Positions 19,621 to 28,906 of a DNA stretch of 64,000 nt are shown piece by piece. The position numbers were made by a program, and so were the translations under genes. The stretch covers positions 1,282-65,281 of the forward strand of contig NZ_JAFLKV010000015.1 in assembly GCF_019163035.1 (NCBI RefSeq). Direction: 5' to 3'. Positions within the stretch are counted from its first letter, which is position 1; each line of letters opens with the position of its first letter. The notes beneath the pieces are model-generated. The model had not been told where the DNA came from, searched no databases, and worked only from the letters and a program-made list of their open reading frames with translations. This DNA is from Sulfuricurvum sp. (GTDB lineage: Bacteria > Campylobacterota > Campylobacteria > Campylobacterales > Sulfurimonadaceae).

Positions 19621-21209
19621 TGGAAAAATTTAAAATTGTCGTATGTGATCATATTCATGAAGAGGGTCTTAATCTTCTCCGTCGTGATGACAAGATAGAG
19701 ATGATTTTTGCCGCTGATATGGATAAAACAGCTCTATTGGATGTCTTAAAAGATGCGGATGTAGCGATTACCCGTAGTTCTACCGATGTTGATGATAAAT
19801 TTATCAATGCGGTAAAAGGGAAAATGAAAGCGATTGTCCGTGCCGGTGTCGGTGTTGATAACGTTGATATTCCGGGATGTTCGAAAGAGGGGATTATTGT
19901 TATGAATGTCCCTACTGCGAATACCATTGCAGCGGTTGAGCTCACGATGACTCACATGCTCTCATGTATGCGTATGTTCCCGTACTCTCACGATCATTTA
20001 AAAAATCAACGTGTCTGGAAACGTGAAAAATGGTACGGTTACGAGCTTAAAGGGAAAAAACTCGGTGTAATCGGTTTCGGTAACATCGGGAGCCGTGTCG
20101 GTATCCGCTCTAAAGCATTTGAGATGGATGTTATCGCGTATGACCCATATATTCACCCGTCCAAAGCAACCGATGTCGGTGTAAAATACACGACTAATTT
20201 CGACGATATTTTATCATGTGACATCATCACTATTCATACTCCGAAAAACAAAGAGACGGTCGGAATGATCGGTGCGGATGAAATCGAAAAAATGAAAGAC
20301 GGTGTGGTGCTTATCAACTGTGCACGCGGCGGTTTGTACGATGAAGACGCCCTTTATGACGGGCTTAAATCAGGAAAAATCCGTTTCGCGGGGATCGATG
20401 TATTTAACAAAGAACCGGCAACAGATCACAAACTTCTTGATTTGGATAACATCTGTGTCTCTCCACACTTGGGTGCAAACACGTTTGAATCTCAGCTCGG
20501 TATCGCTCTTGAAGCGGCACAACAAGCAATCGAAGCGGCAAAAGGGATCGCGTATCCTCATGCGATGAACCTGCCTATCGATGAGACAAAAATCCCTGCA
20601 TTTGTTAAACCGTTTTTGGAGATGGGACAGAAAATCGGATTCTTGGCATCTCAAATCAATAAAGCACCGATCGTTTCCATCAAAGTCAGTGGACGCGGTG
20701 ATATTGCTGAATATGTTAACTCGTTGGCAACTTTTGTTACTGTTGGCGCTCTCGCCGATATTTCAGGGGATACAATCAACTACGTAAACGCTGATTTTGT
20801 AGCAAAAGAGCGTGGTATCAAAATTGAAACCGAAGAACTTCCTGCAAGTTCTGTATACAAAAATCTTGTAACCGTAAAATTGACTACGGATAAAGATGTT
20901 ATTGAAATCAGTACGACTATGTTCGGTGATGATGTTCAACGTATTGTCGATATTAACGGGTTTGGCGTTGATATCGAACCAAAAGGGAATATGATCCTTT
21001 TCAAAAATACGGATGTTCCGGGTGTTATCGGACAAGTGGGAACCATGCTCGGTGCTCATAATGTTAATATCGCCGATTTCCGTTTAGGTCGCAATAAAAG
21101 CGGTGAAGCATTAGCCGTTATTATGGTTGATTCGGCTGTCAGCGATAAAACACTTAAAGAACTCTCTGCCCTAAACGCTTGTATTAGCGTCTCTTACGCC
21201 CGTTTATAA
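19620..21209 (+). CDS. serA: D-3-phosphoglycerate dehydrogenase
   Basis: RAGVGVDNVD, GVIGFGNIG, NCARGG, SPHLGA, C-terminal ACT domain. Confidence 0.96.
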   Translation: MEKFKIVVCDHIHEEGLNLLRRDDKIEMIFAADMDKTALLDVLKDADVAITRSSTDVDDKFINAVKGKMKAIVRAGVGVDNVDIPGCSKEGIIVMNVPTANTIAAVELTMTHMLSCMRMFPYSHDHLKNQRVWKREKWYGYELKGKKLGVIGFGNIGSRVGIRSKAFEMDVIAYDPYIHPSKATDVGVKYTTNFDDILSCDIITIHTPKNKETVGMIGADEIEKMKDGVVLINCARGGLYDEDALYDGLKSGKIRFAGIDVFNKEPATDHKLLDLDNICVSPHLGANTFESQLGIALEAAQQAIEAAKGIAYPHAMNLPIDETKIPAFVKPFLEMGQKIGFLASQINKAPIVSIKVSGRGDIAEYVNSLATFVTVGALADISGDTINYVNADFVAKERGIKIETEELPASSVYKNLVTVKLTTDKDVIEISTTMFGDDVQRIVDINGFGVDIEPKGNMILFKNTDVPGVIGQVGTMLGAHNVNIADFRLGRNKSGEALAVIMVDSAVSDKTLKELSALNACISVSYARL

Positions 21210-21220
21210 TCTTCATTTTC

Positions 21221-21250
21221 TCCCCATAAATCGATATGGGGAATTTTTTT
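21221..21250 (+). terminator. Rho-independent terminator of rpsA-serA
   Basis: TCCCCATA-AATCGA-TATGGGGA followed by ATTTTTTT. Confidence 0.8.
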
Positions 21251-21471
21251 ATCTTTACGCTACTTATTGGTTAGTTTTTTCTTGTTTTTAGACAATGCTG
21301 TGTTATAATCAATTAGTTAATAAATTATAACAACTATTTTTATAACTTCTGTCCCTTTCTTAATTATAATGGATACTAAAAGATTGTTATAAACTAATGT
21401 TGCTTTAAAACGATTCGCTGTAGACTCAGGTGGGTAGGGTTTACTTATAAAATCTGAAAGGAAAAAAGGAA

Positions 21472-22578
21472 ATGTCTTTAGTTAAGGTACTTGCCGTTGA
21501 TGATCAAGAATTTAATCTTGATGTGATCGAATTAGCATTTATGGAAATACCCGAAGTGCAGATACAACGTGCCGTAAATGGGCAAGAAGCAATCGATTTT
21601 CTCCTTTTAGACCCCAATTATCATGTGATTCTTTTAGATTTGGCAATGCCCGTCATGGATGGATTTGAAACCCTTTCTCAATTAAAATCAAATCCGCTTT
21701 GGTCTCAAATCCCTACCATTGTTGTAACCGCCAATGCCGAAGAAAAGCACCGTGCTCTTCGTTCAGGCGCTAGTGATTTTTTGAGCAAGCCGATCGATGT
21801 TGAGGAATTGAAGTTACGTACCCTTAATTATGCAAAGATTAAAGAATATCAGGACAGTTTAGCCGATGTAAACCGTCTTCTCGAAGAGAAAGTACAACAG
21901 CGAACTTTTGCCCTCCAAGAGGCACTGAATTTTGCCAAAAAGACTGAATATGAGATTTCAGCGCGTTTGGGTAAGGCATCGGAATATCGCGATATGGAAA
22001 CGGGGATGCATATCAAACGGATGAGTCATTATTCCGCAAAACTTGCTGAACTTTACGGTATGAGTCCAGAGGAAGTTGAACTCATTTTGTATGCATCACC
22101 GTTGCATGATATTGGTAAAGTGGGGATACCTGATCAGATTTTGCTCAAACCGGGTCGTTTTACCCCCGAAGAGTTTGAGATTATGAAACTGCATTCTACT
22201 TTAGGTGGAAAAATGCTTGATGCAGATGAGGATTATCCGGTATTAAAAGCAGGACAAATCATTGCCTTGCAGCATCATGAAAAAATAGACGGTACCGGTT
22301 ATCCTAAAGGGTTGAGTGGAGAAGATATTCATATTTATGCCCGTATTGTCTCTATTGCTGATGTTTTCGATGCATTGACGTCAGAACGGGTTTATAAAAA
22401 AGCGTTTTCGGTACAGCAAACGGTCGATATCCTACGTGATGGGTCTCATACCCATTTTGATGCACGCCTTGTAGATCTATTTATTGATAATTTGGAAGAA
22501 TTTTTAATGATAAGAGACGCTTTTCCTGATGAACAAGAACACCAATCGATTATGAATTTGATTGACCAACTACAATAA
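21472..22578 (+). CDS. Response regulator with HD-GYP c-di-GMP phosphodiesterase output (RpfG-like)
   Basis: REC domain (AVDD, LLDLAMP, KP), ETGMHIKR, LHDIGK, HHEKIDGTGYP, ADVFDAL. Confidence 0.93.
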   Translation: MSLVKVLAVDDQEFNLDVIELAFMEIPEVQIQRAVNGQEAIDFLLLDPNYHVILLDLAMPVMDGFETLSQLKSNPLWSQIPTIVVTANAEEKHRALRSGASDFLSKPIDVEELKLRTLNYAKIKEYQDSLADVNRLLEEKVQQRTFALQEALNFAKKTEYEISARLGKASEYRDMETGMHIKRMSHYSAKLAELYGMSPEEVELILYASPLHDIGKVGIPDQILLKPGRFTPEEFEIMKLHSTLGGKMLDADEDYPVLKAGQIIALQHHEKIDGTGYPKGLSGEDIHIYARIVSIADVFDALTSERVYKKAFSVQQTVDILRDGSHTHFDARLVDLFIDNLEEFLMIRDAFPDEQEHQSIMNLIDQLQ

Positions 22579-22591
22579 CCAAGGAATAAGA

Positions 22592-22963
22592 ATGCATATT
22601 TTAATAGCCGAAGATGAAGAGTATAACCAGATGGTTATACAAGGAATGATAGATATTCTTTATCCTGAAGTAAGTATGGAAATTGTTAATAACGGGGTTG
22701 AAGCACTCGAAAAGTTAAAAAATGGATCGTTTGATTTATTGCTGAGTGATGTTGATATGCCTCAAATGAACGGATATGCATTGGTATCAGAAATCAAAAA
22801 TATGGGTTTGAAGATTCCAATGATATGTGTCACAGCATTTGCTATTAGCGGAGATAAAGAGAAACTTTTGATGCATGGATTTAATAGCTATATCTCCAAG
22901 CCGATAGATATGGATGAGATGAAATTAGTACTGGACCCTTATCTGCTAAAGGGAGAGGTTTAA
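22592..22963 (+). CDS. Single-domain response regulator
   Basis: ILIAEDE, LSDVDMPQMNG, ISKP. AAGGA RBS before ATG 22592. Confidence 0.9.
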   Translation: MHILIAEDEEYNQMVIQGMIDILYPEVSMEIVNNGVEALEKLKNGSFDLLLSDVDMPQMNGYALVSEIKNMGLKIPMICVTAFAISGDKEKLLMHGFNSYISKPIDMDEMKLVLDPYLLKGEV

Positions 22964-25297
22964 ATGTATCAACCGCTTGATGTCTCTTCGATAAAAGCTA
23001 TTTTTGCTTTGGATGAAGATCAAATGCAAAAACGGGAAAAAGTGGGTAACTATATTCACTCATTTTCGGCATTAGTGTATGACCGGATGTATAATCACTA
23101 TCTGCTAAAAGATCCGATTTATCACAGTATTCTCTCCTCATCCGATGTCCCTAGGCTCATACGGATGCAATCGGAATATTTGAGTTCACTTTTTATACAC
23201 CCTTTTGATGAGCGTCTTCTTGATCGTACTCGCCAAATTGGAGAGATACATATCGCAATAGGTCTCGAGTCGGTTCATGTTTCCAGGGGCTTTAACATCA
23301 TCAATGAAATTATTTTTAATTTGAGTGAAGTGAATACGCAGATTCGTGAAGATATGGCGATTATTTTTAAAATGCTACGTATCTCTGAAACGGTCATGAA
23401 TGAGAGTTATTTTGAACGCTATTCGCAACACCACGAAGAGCTAAAAAAAGAGAATGAGGTTCTTAATCTCTTTGATAAACTATATACGGCACTCGCTATT
23501 CATAAGCAAAATCAGAAAAAAATTTACAGCTATGTAAAGAATGAGGATAATTTTGAGCGGTCTCATTTTATATTTAGTAGTGAAGAGGAGTGCTCTTTTA
23601 CAAGATTAATGGATGAATTGACGGATAAAGAGAGATTCTTAGAAGGTTTTGGAATCAATTTGGGAGAAGTTCGAAGGCATCATCATGATTATCATGACGC
23701 AGTTAAAAAATTGATTGGACTTGATGGTAAAAATGAAGATCAAATCAATCTTCTTTTAACAAAAATAGAAAATGCCTCTTCAGCACTTTATGCACTTATT
23801 GAGAAGCCTTTGGATGAAATATCGGCAACATCGTATATGGGTATCCATTCGGGAATTACCTTTTTGGAGGCATGTACACAATCGGTTCATGAGGGAACAG
23901 TAAGCCGAGAGAGTGAAGAAGTGTTCGAAAATATACAGGAAAAGCTTCGAACTCAGTTGGATGAAATTATGGGATGGTGTATCGAAGATCTCTACATAGG
24001 AGATGAAGAGCTACCGGATAACAGGACGATGGATATTAGTTCAAAAATCATGTTAAAGGGGAGACGAATTAATGTCGGAGTAGTTATCAAACCGATTCCC
24101 AACAAAATTTTTATGATCGAAATTATTAAAATTTTGTTGGAAGTTATTCGTCAAAATTCCCATAATCGAGAACGCGAACATGCTTTAATACAGCTTGTTG
24201 ATCAGGTAGAGCGGGCTAGTCAATCCAAGGATATGTTTTTAGCGAACATGTCTCATGAACTTCGTACACCGCTGAATGCGATTATCGGATTTTCTCAAAT
24301 TTTAGGGATGAATCAATCTTTGCCTCAAAATTTCAAGCCCTATATTGAAAAAATAGGCATTGCAGGAAACAATCTTTTGACGTTGGTTAATACAATTCTC
24401 GATTTTGCAAAGCTTGAAGCAGGAAAATTGACCTTTAAGCCTGATGTAACCATTATTGCCGGCTTATTACGTGATGTTGCTACGATTATAGAGCCGTTGG
24501 CATCTAAAAAATCAATTTCTTTCCAATACCCCGAGATGATTTCTTTGGGACTTTATTTGGATCGACAGCTGATACACCAAGTTTTTCTCAATCTTTTAAG
24601 TAATGCGATAAAGTTCACCCCTGAGGGGGGAGATGTCCGTGTCAGTGTTGATTTTGACGACGAAAAACGGGTGTACCGTTTCGGGGTAAGTGATACCGGT
24701 ATCGGGATTGAAGCCAAAGATATCGTAACATTGTTTGATCCATTTACTCAGGTAGAAAATCCGTTTCAAAAAACCTCAAAAGGGACAGGACTGGGGTTGG
24801 CAATCTCCAAGCGGATTATCGAAGATTTACATGGAGGACGCTTATGGGTCGAGAGTGAACCTGGCAAAGGTTCCACCTTTTATTTCACTATCCCTGTATC
24901 TCAAACCCAAAATACCCTTGAGCGATATGTTTCATCGCATGATCAAGCAAAACGGGCATTGGTAGTAGAGGACGCTCCGGAATACCAAAAAATGTTGATT
25001 GACCGACTGGGAGAGTTCTATCATCTTATTGTGACCAACTCAGTCAATAAAGCTAAAGAACTTTTAGAAGAAGAGAGTTTTGATATTATCGTACTTGACT
25101 TCTTTTTGGTTGATGGGATTAGTTCAGAGGTATTGCAGTTTATGGAACGAAATGAGATTCATATTCCTGTTATTATCATCTCGGCTGAAGATGATAGTAA
25201 ACTGATCGCTCATCTTCCCAATACCGAAAGTGTTGAAGGGATATTTAACAAAGCCAACATTCAAGAGATCTGTGATTATTTGACAAAACGATTTTAA
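22964..25297 (+). CDS. Soluble hybrid histidine kinase: globin sensor + CZB-like domain + HisKA + HATPase + REC
   Basis: Globin-coupled-sensor pattern RL..Q..YL..LF...D......IGEIHIAIGL (His96). H180/C210/H240/H244 CZB-like spacing. [31 protein letters not shown]-terminal REC. No transmembrane helix seen. Confidence 0.85.
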   Translation: MYQPLDVSSIKAIFALDEDQMQKREKVGNYIHSFSALVYDRMYNHYLLKDPIYHSILSSSDVPRLIRMQSEYLSSLFIHPFDERLLDRTRQIGEIHIAIGLESVHVSRGFNIINEIIFNLSEVNTQIREDMAIIFKMLRISETVMNESYFERYSQHHEELKKENEVLNLFDKLYTALAIHKQNQKKIYSYVKNEDNFERSHFIFSSEEECSFTRLMDELTDKERFLEGFGINLGEVRRHHHDYHDAVKKLIGLDGKNEDQINLLLTKIENASSALYALIEKPLDEISATSYMGIHSGITFLEACTQSVHEGTVSRESEEVFENIQEKLRTQLDEIMGWCIEDLYIGDEELPDNRTMDISSKIMLKGRRINVGVVIKPIPNKIFMIEIIKILLEVIRQNSHNREREHALIQLVDQVERASQSKDMFLANMSHELRTPLNAIIGFSQILGMNQSLPQNFKPYIEKIGIAGNNLLTLVNTILDFAKLEAGKLTFKPDVTIIAGLLRDVATIIEPLASKKSISFQYPEMISLGLYLDRQLIHQVFLNLLSNAIKFTPEGGDVRVSVDFDDEKRVYRFGVSDTGIGIEAKDIVTLFDPFTQVENPFQKTSKGTGLGLAISKRIIEDLHGGRLWVESEPGKGSTFYFTIPVSQTQNTLERYVSSHDQAKRALVVEDAPEYQKMLIDRLGEFYHLIVTNSVNKAKELLEEESFDIIVLDFFLVDGISSEVLQFMERNEIHIPVIIISAEDDSKLIAHLPNTESVEGIFNKANIQEICDYLTKRF

Positions 25298-25308
25298 AGG
25301 AGAAATAA

Positions 25309-26433
25309 ATGAAAACCGAACAAATTAGATGGAATGAGACTTCAGGATGGAGCGCTCATGATACAGTAGAGGCTGCAAACCGAGATTTGGTACTTGTTTT
25401 CTTTGACCATATTGCCTGCCAAAGTGCAGAGTGGTTTGCAGAACTTCGTACTCTTTATCCGAATGCCGTTATCGCAGGAGCGAGCAGCTCAGGAAGTGTT
25501 TCAGACACAGTGATAAGTGATCAAGATGCGGTTGTAACAGCAATCAGTTTTGAACGCTCTTCTGTTCGCTGTGCTTCATTCCAAGTGGCAGATTACAGTG
25601 ATGTCTCAGTTTTGGGAGCCGATTTAGGGAAAACATTATTGGATGAATCGTTGCGACATGTTTTAATTCTCTCGGATGGCTTATCTGTTAATGGGAGTAA
25701 TCTTGCCTGTGGACTTTCGGATGTGCTGCCTGAGGGGATAACGATTACAGGTGGTTTGGCAGGGGATGGAACTCGTTTTGGAACCACCTATGTTATCGCC
25801 CAAGGAGCTGCACAGACCGGCATGGTTGCCGCTATCGGTTTTTACGGGGAGACATTGCGTGCGAAAAGCGGTTGTTTTGCTGGATGGGAAGAGTTTGGAC
25901 CGGAGAGGGTAATTACCAGTTCGGAAGCCAATGTTTTGTATACCATCGACAATAAACCGGCACTTGAACTCTATAAAAGCTATTTGGGAGAGTTTGCGGC
26001 AGAACTTCCAGGCAGCGGATTGCGTTTTCCGATGAGTGTCCGTAAAGATACCAACTCTGTCCCTTTGATACGGACGCTTTTGGCGATTGATGAAACGGCT
26101 CAAAGTATGACATTTGCCGGAGATCTACCGCAGGGGTATTTATGTCGCTTGCTTAAAACCAATATGGACCTTTTGATTGAGAATGCGGGATTAGCGGCTG
26201 AAGTATCTAAAATCGATCAAGAGAATGAATTTTTAGTGATTGCTGTCAGTTGTGTAGGAAGACGTTTGGTTCTTGGACAACTGTGTGAAGAAGAGTTGGA
26301 AATTATCCGTGAAACATTAGGGGATAAGGCAATTATCACAGGCTTTTATTCGTACGGTGAGTTGTCTGAAAAAGGGGAAAGTCGCTGTACATTACACAAC
26401 CAGACGATGACTCTTGTCAGTATTTACGAATAG
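25309..26433 (+). CDS. FIST domain protein (NosP-like)
   Basis: GASSSG, LSDGL, GGLAGDG, IDNKPAL, SCVGRR, GFYSYGE, LHNQTMT. Confidence 0.92.
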   Translation: MKTEQIRWNETSGWSAHDTVEAANRDLVLVFFDHIACQSAEWFAELRTLYPNAVIAGASSSGSVSDTVISDQDAVVTAISFERSSVRCASFQVADYSDVSVLGADLGKTLLDESLRHVLILSDGLSVNGSNLACGLSDVLPEGITITGGLAGDGTRFGTTYVIAQGAAQTGMVAAIGFYGETLRAKSGCFAGWEEFGPERVITSSEANVLYTIDNKPALELYKSYLGEFAAELPGSGLRFPMSVRKDTNSVPLIRTLLAIDETAQSMTFAGDLPQGYLCRLLKTNMDLLIENAGLAAEVSKIDQENEFLVIAVSCVGRRLVLGQLCEEELEIIRETLGDKAIITGFYSYGELSEKGESRCTLHNQTMTLVSIYE

Positions 26434-26441
26434 GATCTAAG

Positions 26442-27422
26442 GTGGGTGATAAAGTGTATCATCGGCTTCTTACTCGTCAAATGCGACGTTTCTTAAAACC
26501 AGAATTGGTGGATGAATTAACTCCATTTTTGGAGAGCATCAGCGCATTTTATGAGGATGTAGAGAAAGAACGTCGAATGCTGGAGCGGACACTGGATGTA
26601 AGTTCTAAAGAGCTTGAAGAGGCAAATTCCTCTTTAACAGAGCAAAACAAAACATTACGTGCACAAGAAGAGCTTCGAGCTTCTCGTGACGAAGCGATCA
26701 TTGCAATGCATCAAGCCCAAGAGGCAAATCGTGCGAAGGATGCTTTTTTATCGAGTATGAGCCATGAGCTTCGTACCCCGTTGAATGCGATTATCGGATT
26801 TTCTCAAATATTGATGATGAAAAAGGATACACCCGATTCAATCAGATCGTTCGTGGAGAAAATTAATATTTCCGGAAAAAATCTCCTTTCTTTAGTCAAT
26901 ACCATTCTTGACTTTTCAAAAATCGAAGCAGGAAAAATGGATGTAGATAAAACATCTTTTTCTATCAATGATTTGATTCAAGAGGTAAATGTGTTGATAG
27001 AGCCAATGGCTGCCATAAAAAAGATTGCCTGTTTAGTCGAAGTTGATGATGAGATAGAGATATGCGCCGATCGTCAGCTCATTAAACAAGTTTTAATAAA
27101 TCTGATGAGTAATGCCATAAAATTTTCCCCTATCGCTGAAAGTGTGACATTTGTTCATCGTCATGAAACATCAAGAGAACTTTTTATCATTTGTGATCAT
27201 GGACACGGGATTCCTAAAGATAAGATAGCAACGTTGTTTGATCCGTTTACCCAAATACGTGAACATCAAAACGATGCTATGAAAGGGACAGGATTAGGGC
27301 TATCAATCGTTAAAAAGATTATTGAACTGCATGAAGGTGAAATTTGGGTTGAGAGTGTTGTAGGAGAAGGGAGTAAATTTTTCTTTTCGCTTCCGGCAAT
27401 CGAAGTTGTAAATGAACAATAA
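26442..27422 (+). CDS. Soluble histidine kinase immediately downstream of the FIST gene
   Basis: Short N-terminus (HRLLTRQMRRFL) plus coiled coil. [21 protein letters not shown]. No transmembrane helix. Confidence 0.9.
   Translation: MGDKVYHRLLTRQMRRFLKPELVDELTPFLESISAFYEDVEKERRMLERTLDVSSKELEEANSSLTEQNKTLRAQEELRASRDEAIIAMHQAQEANRAKDAFLSSMSHELRTPLNAIIGFSQILMMKKDTPDSIRSFVEKINISGKNLLSLVNTILDFSKIEAGKMDVDKTSFSINDLIQEVNVLIEPMAAIKKIACLVEVDDEIEICADRQLIKQVLINLMSNAIKFSPIAESVTFVHRHETSRELFIICDHGHGIPKDKIATLFDPFTQIREHQNDAMKGTGLGLSIVKKIIELHEGEIWVESVVGEGSKFFFSLPAIEVVNEQ
26685..27394 (+). repeat. Imperfect direct repeat copy 1 (kinase core)
   Basis: Collinear with 28111-28820 (offset 1,426), with high nucleotide similarity visible by eye. 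Confidence 0.85.
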
Positions 27423-28851
27423 TTACAGTCGATTAATAATAGCATTCGGTTTTTTTTTAGCTGTTTTAGCGGGGTATGGATATTATAGCTTTGTAGTTGA
27501 AAAAGAGCGAATTAACGATACCATTAACGGTTCCCTCTCTCGTTCTGTCCATTTAGCTCACCGTGTTGTCGGAGATACGTTTCATGATAAAACAATGGGT
27601 GTTCCCCCCTCTGAGGCAGAATATTGGGAGTTGGTTCAAACCCTTAGCGAACTTGCCCATATTGAAGGGGTTAAATATATCTATACCCTTATAAAAGACG
27701 AAAATGGGACGTTTCGTTTTACCTCTAGTAGTGCTACGGAAGAGGAGCTTCGGACCCGAAAAAATCTCAGTTATTTTTATGATATTTATGATGCTGATCC
27801 TGCGATTGATAAAGCAATGAAGGAACAAAGAGAGATAGCCGCAGAGGTTACTGATAGCTGGGGGAATTTTCGGAGTCTATTTGTAGGATATACAACTCCG
27901 AATAATGTGCAGTACGTTATCGGAGTAGATATCGAAATTGATTCGATTGAACAGATGTCTCGCATGGAAGCGTTTCGATCGATGGGAAAAGCGATTTTGC
28001 TCATTATTGCTGCTTTACCGATTTTTTTCCTTTATCGGAGCCTTCTGCGTAGCTATCAAATTCAGCTTCAACAAAAAGTACAAACCGCTACTGTCGATTA
28101 TGAAGAGGCGCGTAATGAAGCGATCATCGCGATGCAGCAAGCACAACAGGCGAATCGTGCTAAGGATGCTTTTTTATCGAATATGAGCCATGAGCTGCGT
28201 ACCCCGTTGAATGCGATTATCGGATTTTCACAAATATTAATGATCAAAAAGGATACACCCGATTCAATCCGATCGTTCGTGGAAAAAATTAACATTTCCG
28301 GAAAAAATCTCCTCTCATTGGTCAATACGATCCTTGATTTTTCAAAAATCGAAGCGGGAAAGATGGATGTGGAGAAAACGACTTTTTCTATAAGCGGTTT
28401 GATAGAAGAGGTAAATATATTGATCGAGCCTATGGCTGAAATAAAAAATATTAGATGTTTAGCCGAAGTCGAAGATGAGATAGAGGTATACGCCGATCGT
28501 CAGCTCATTAAACAAGTGCTGATAAATCTGATGAGTAATGCTATAAAATTTTCACCAGATAATGAAACGGTTACCTTTGCATTTACCCATGAAACAGATC
28601 GAGATGTATTTTGTGTTAGTGATCACGGACACGGTATCCCTGCAGAGAAAATAGAGAGCGTTTTTGAGGCGTTTACCCAAATACGTGAGCATCAAAACGA
28701 TTCGATCAAAGGGACAGGACTTGGGCTCTCTCTGGTGAAAAAGATTATTGAAATTCATAACGGTGAAATCTGGGTTAAGAGTGTCGTAGGGGAGGGGAGC
28801 AAATTTTTCTTTTCGCTTCCCATTTACAATGAGGAGAGCTTGAAAACATAG
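27412..28851 (+). CDS. Membrane-bound histidine kinase with periplasmic sensor domain
   Basis: Two hydrophobic helices flank a Cache-like region (YIYTL..., [15 protein letters not shown]). The kinase core is a paralogue of 26442-27422. Confidence 0.9.
   Translation: MNNNYSRLIIAFGFFLAVLAGYGYYSFVVEKERINDTINGSLSRSVHLAHRVVGDTFHDKTMGVPPSEAEYWELVQTLSELAHIEGVKYIYTLIKDENGTFRFTSSSATEEELRTRKNLSYFYDIYDADPAIDKAMKEQREIAAEVTDSWGNFRSLFVGYTTPNNVQYVIGVDIEIDSIEQMSRMEAFRSMGKAILLIIAALPIFFLYRSLLRSYQIQLQQKVQTATVDYEEARNEAIIAMQQAQQANRAKDAFLSNMSHELRTPLNAIIGFSQILMIKKDTPDSIRSFVEKINISGKNLLSLVNTILDFSKIEAGKMDVEKTTFSISGLIEEVNILIEPMAEIKNIRCLAEVEDEIEVYADRQLIKQVLINLMSNAIKFSPDNETVTFAFTHETDRDVFCVSDHGHGIPAEKIESVFEAFTQIREHQNDSIKGTGLGLSLVKKIIEIHNGEIWVKSVVGEGSKFFFSLPIYNEESLKT
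28111..28820 (+). repeat. Imperfect direct repeat copy 2 (kinase core)
   Basis: See 26685-27394. Confidence 0.85.
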
Positions 28852-28906
28852 AGAGCTTTTAGCCCCATTGGGTTATAATAAAATACTTTTTATTGGCGGA
28901 GATAGG

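Noticed and set aside
28868-28906. N-terminal extensions in the ORF track (mutS 28868, efp 45540, flgS 53437, rseP 58570, pyrD 63277, 15275, 22562)
   Set aside because: Downstream starts have better RBS or coupling and match expected protein N-termini. The extensions overlap promoters or neighbouring genes.
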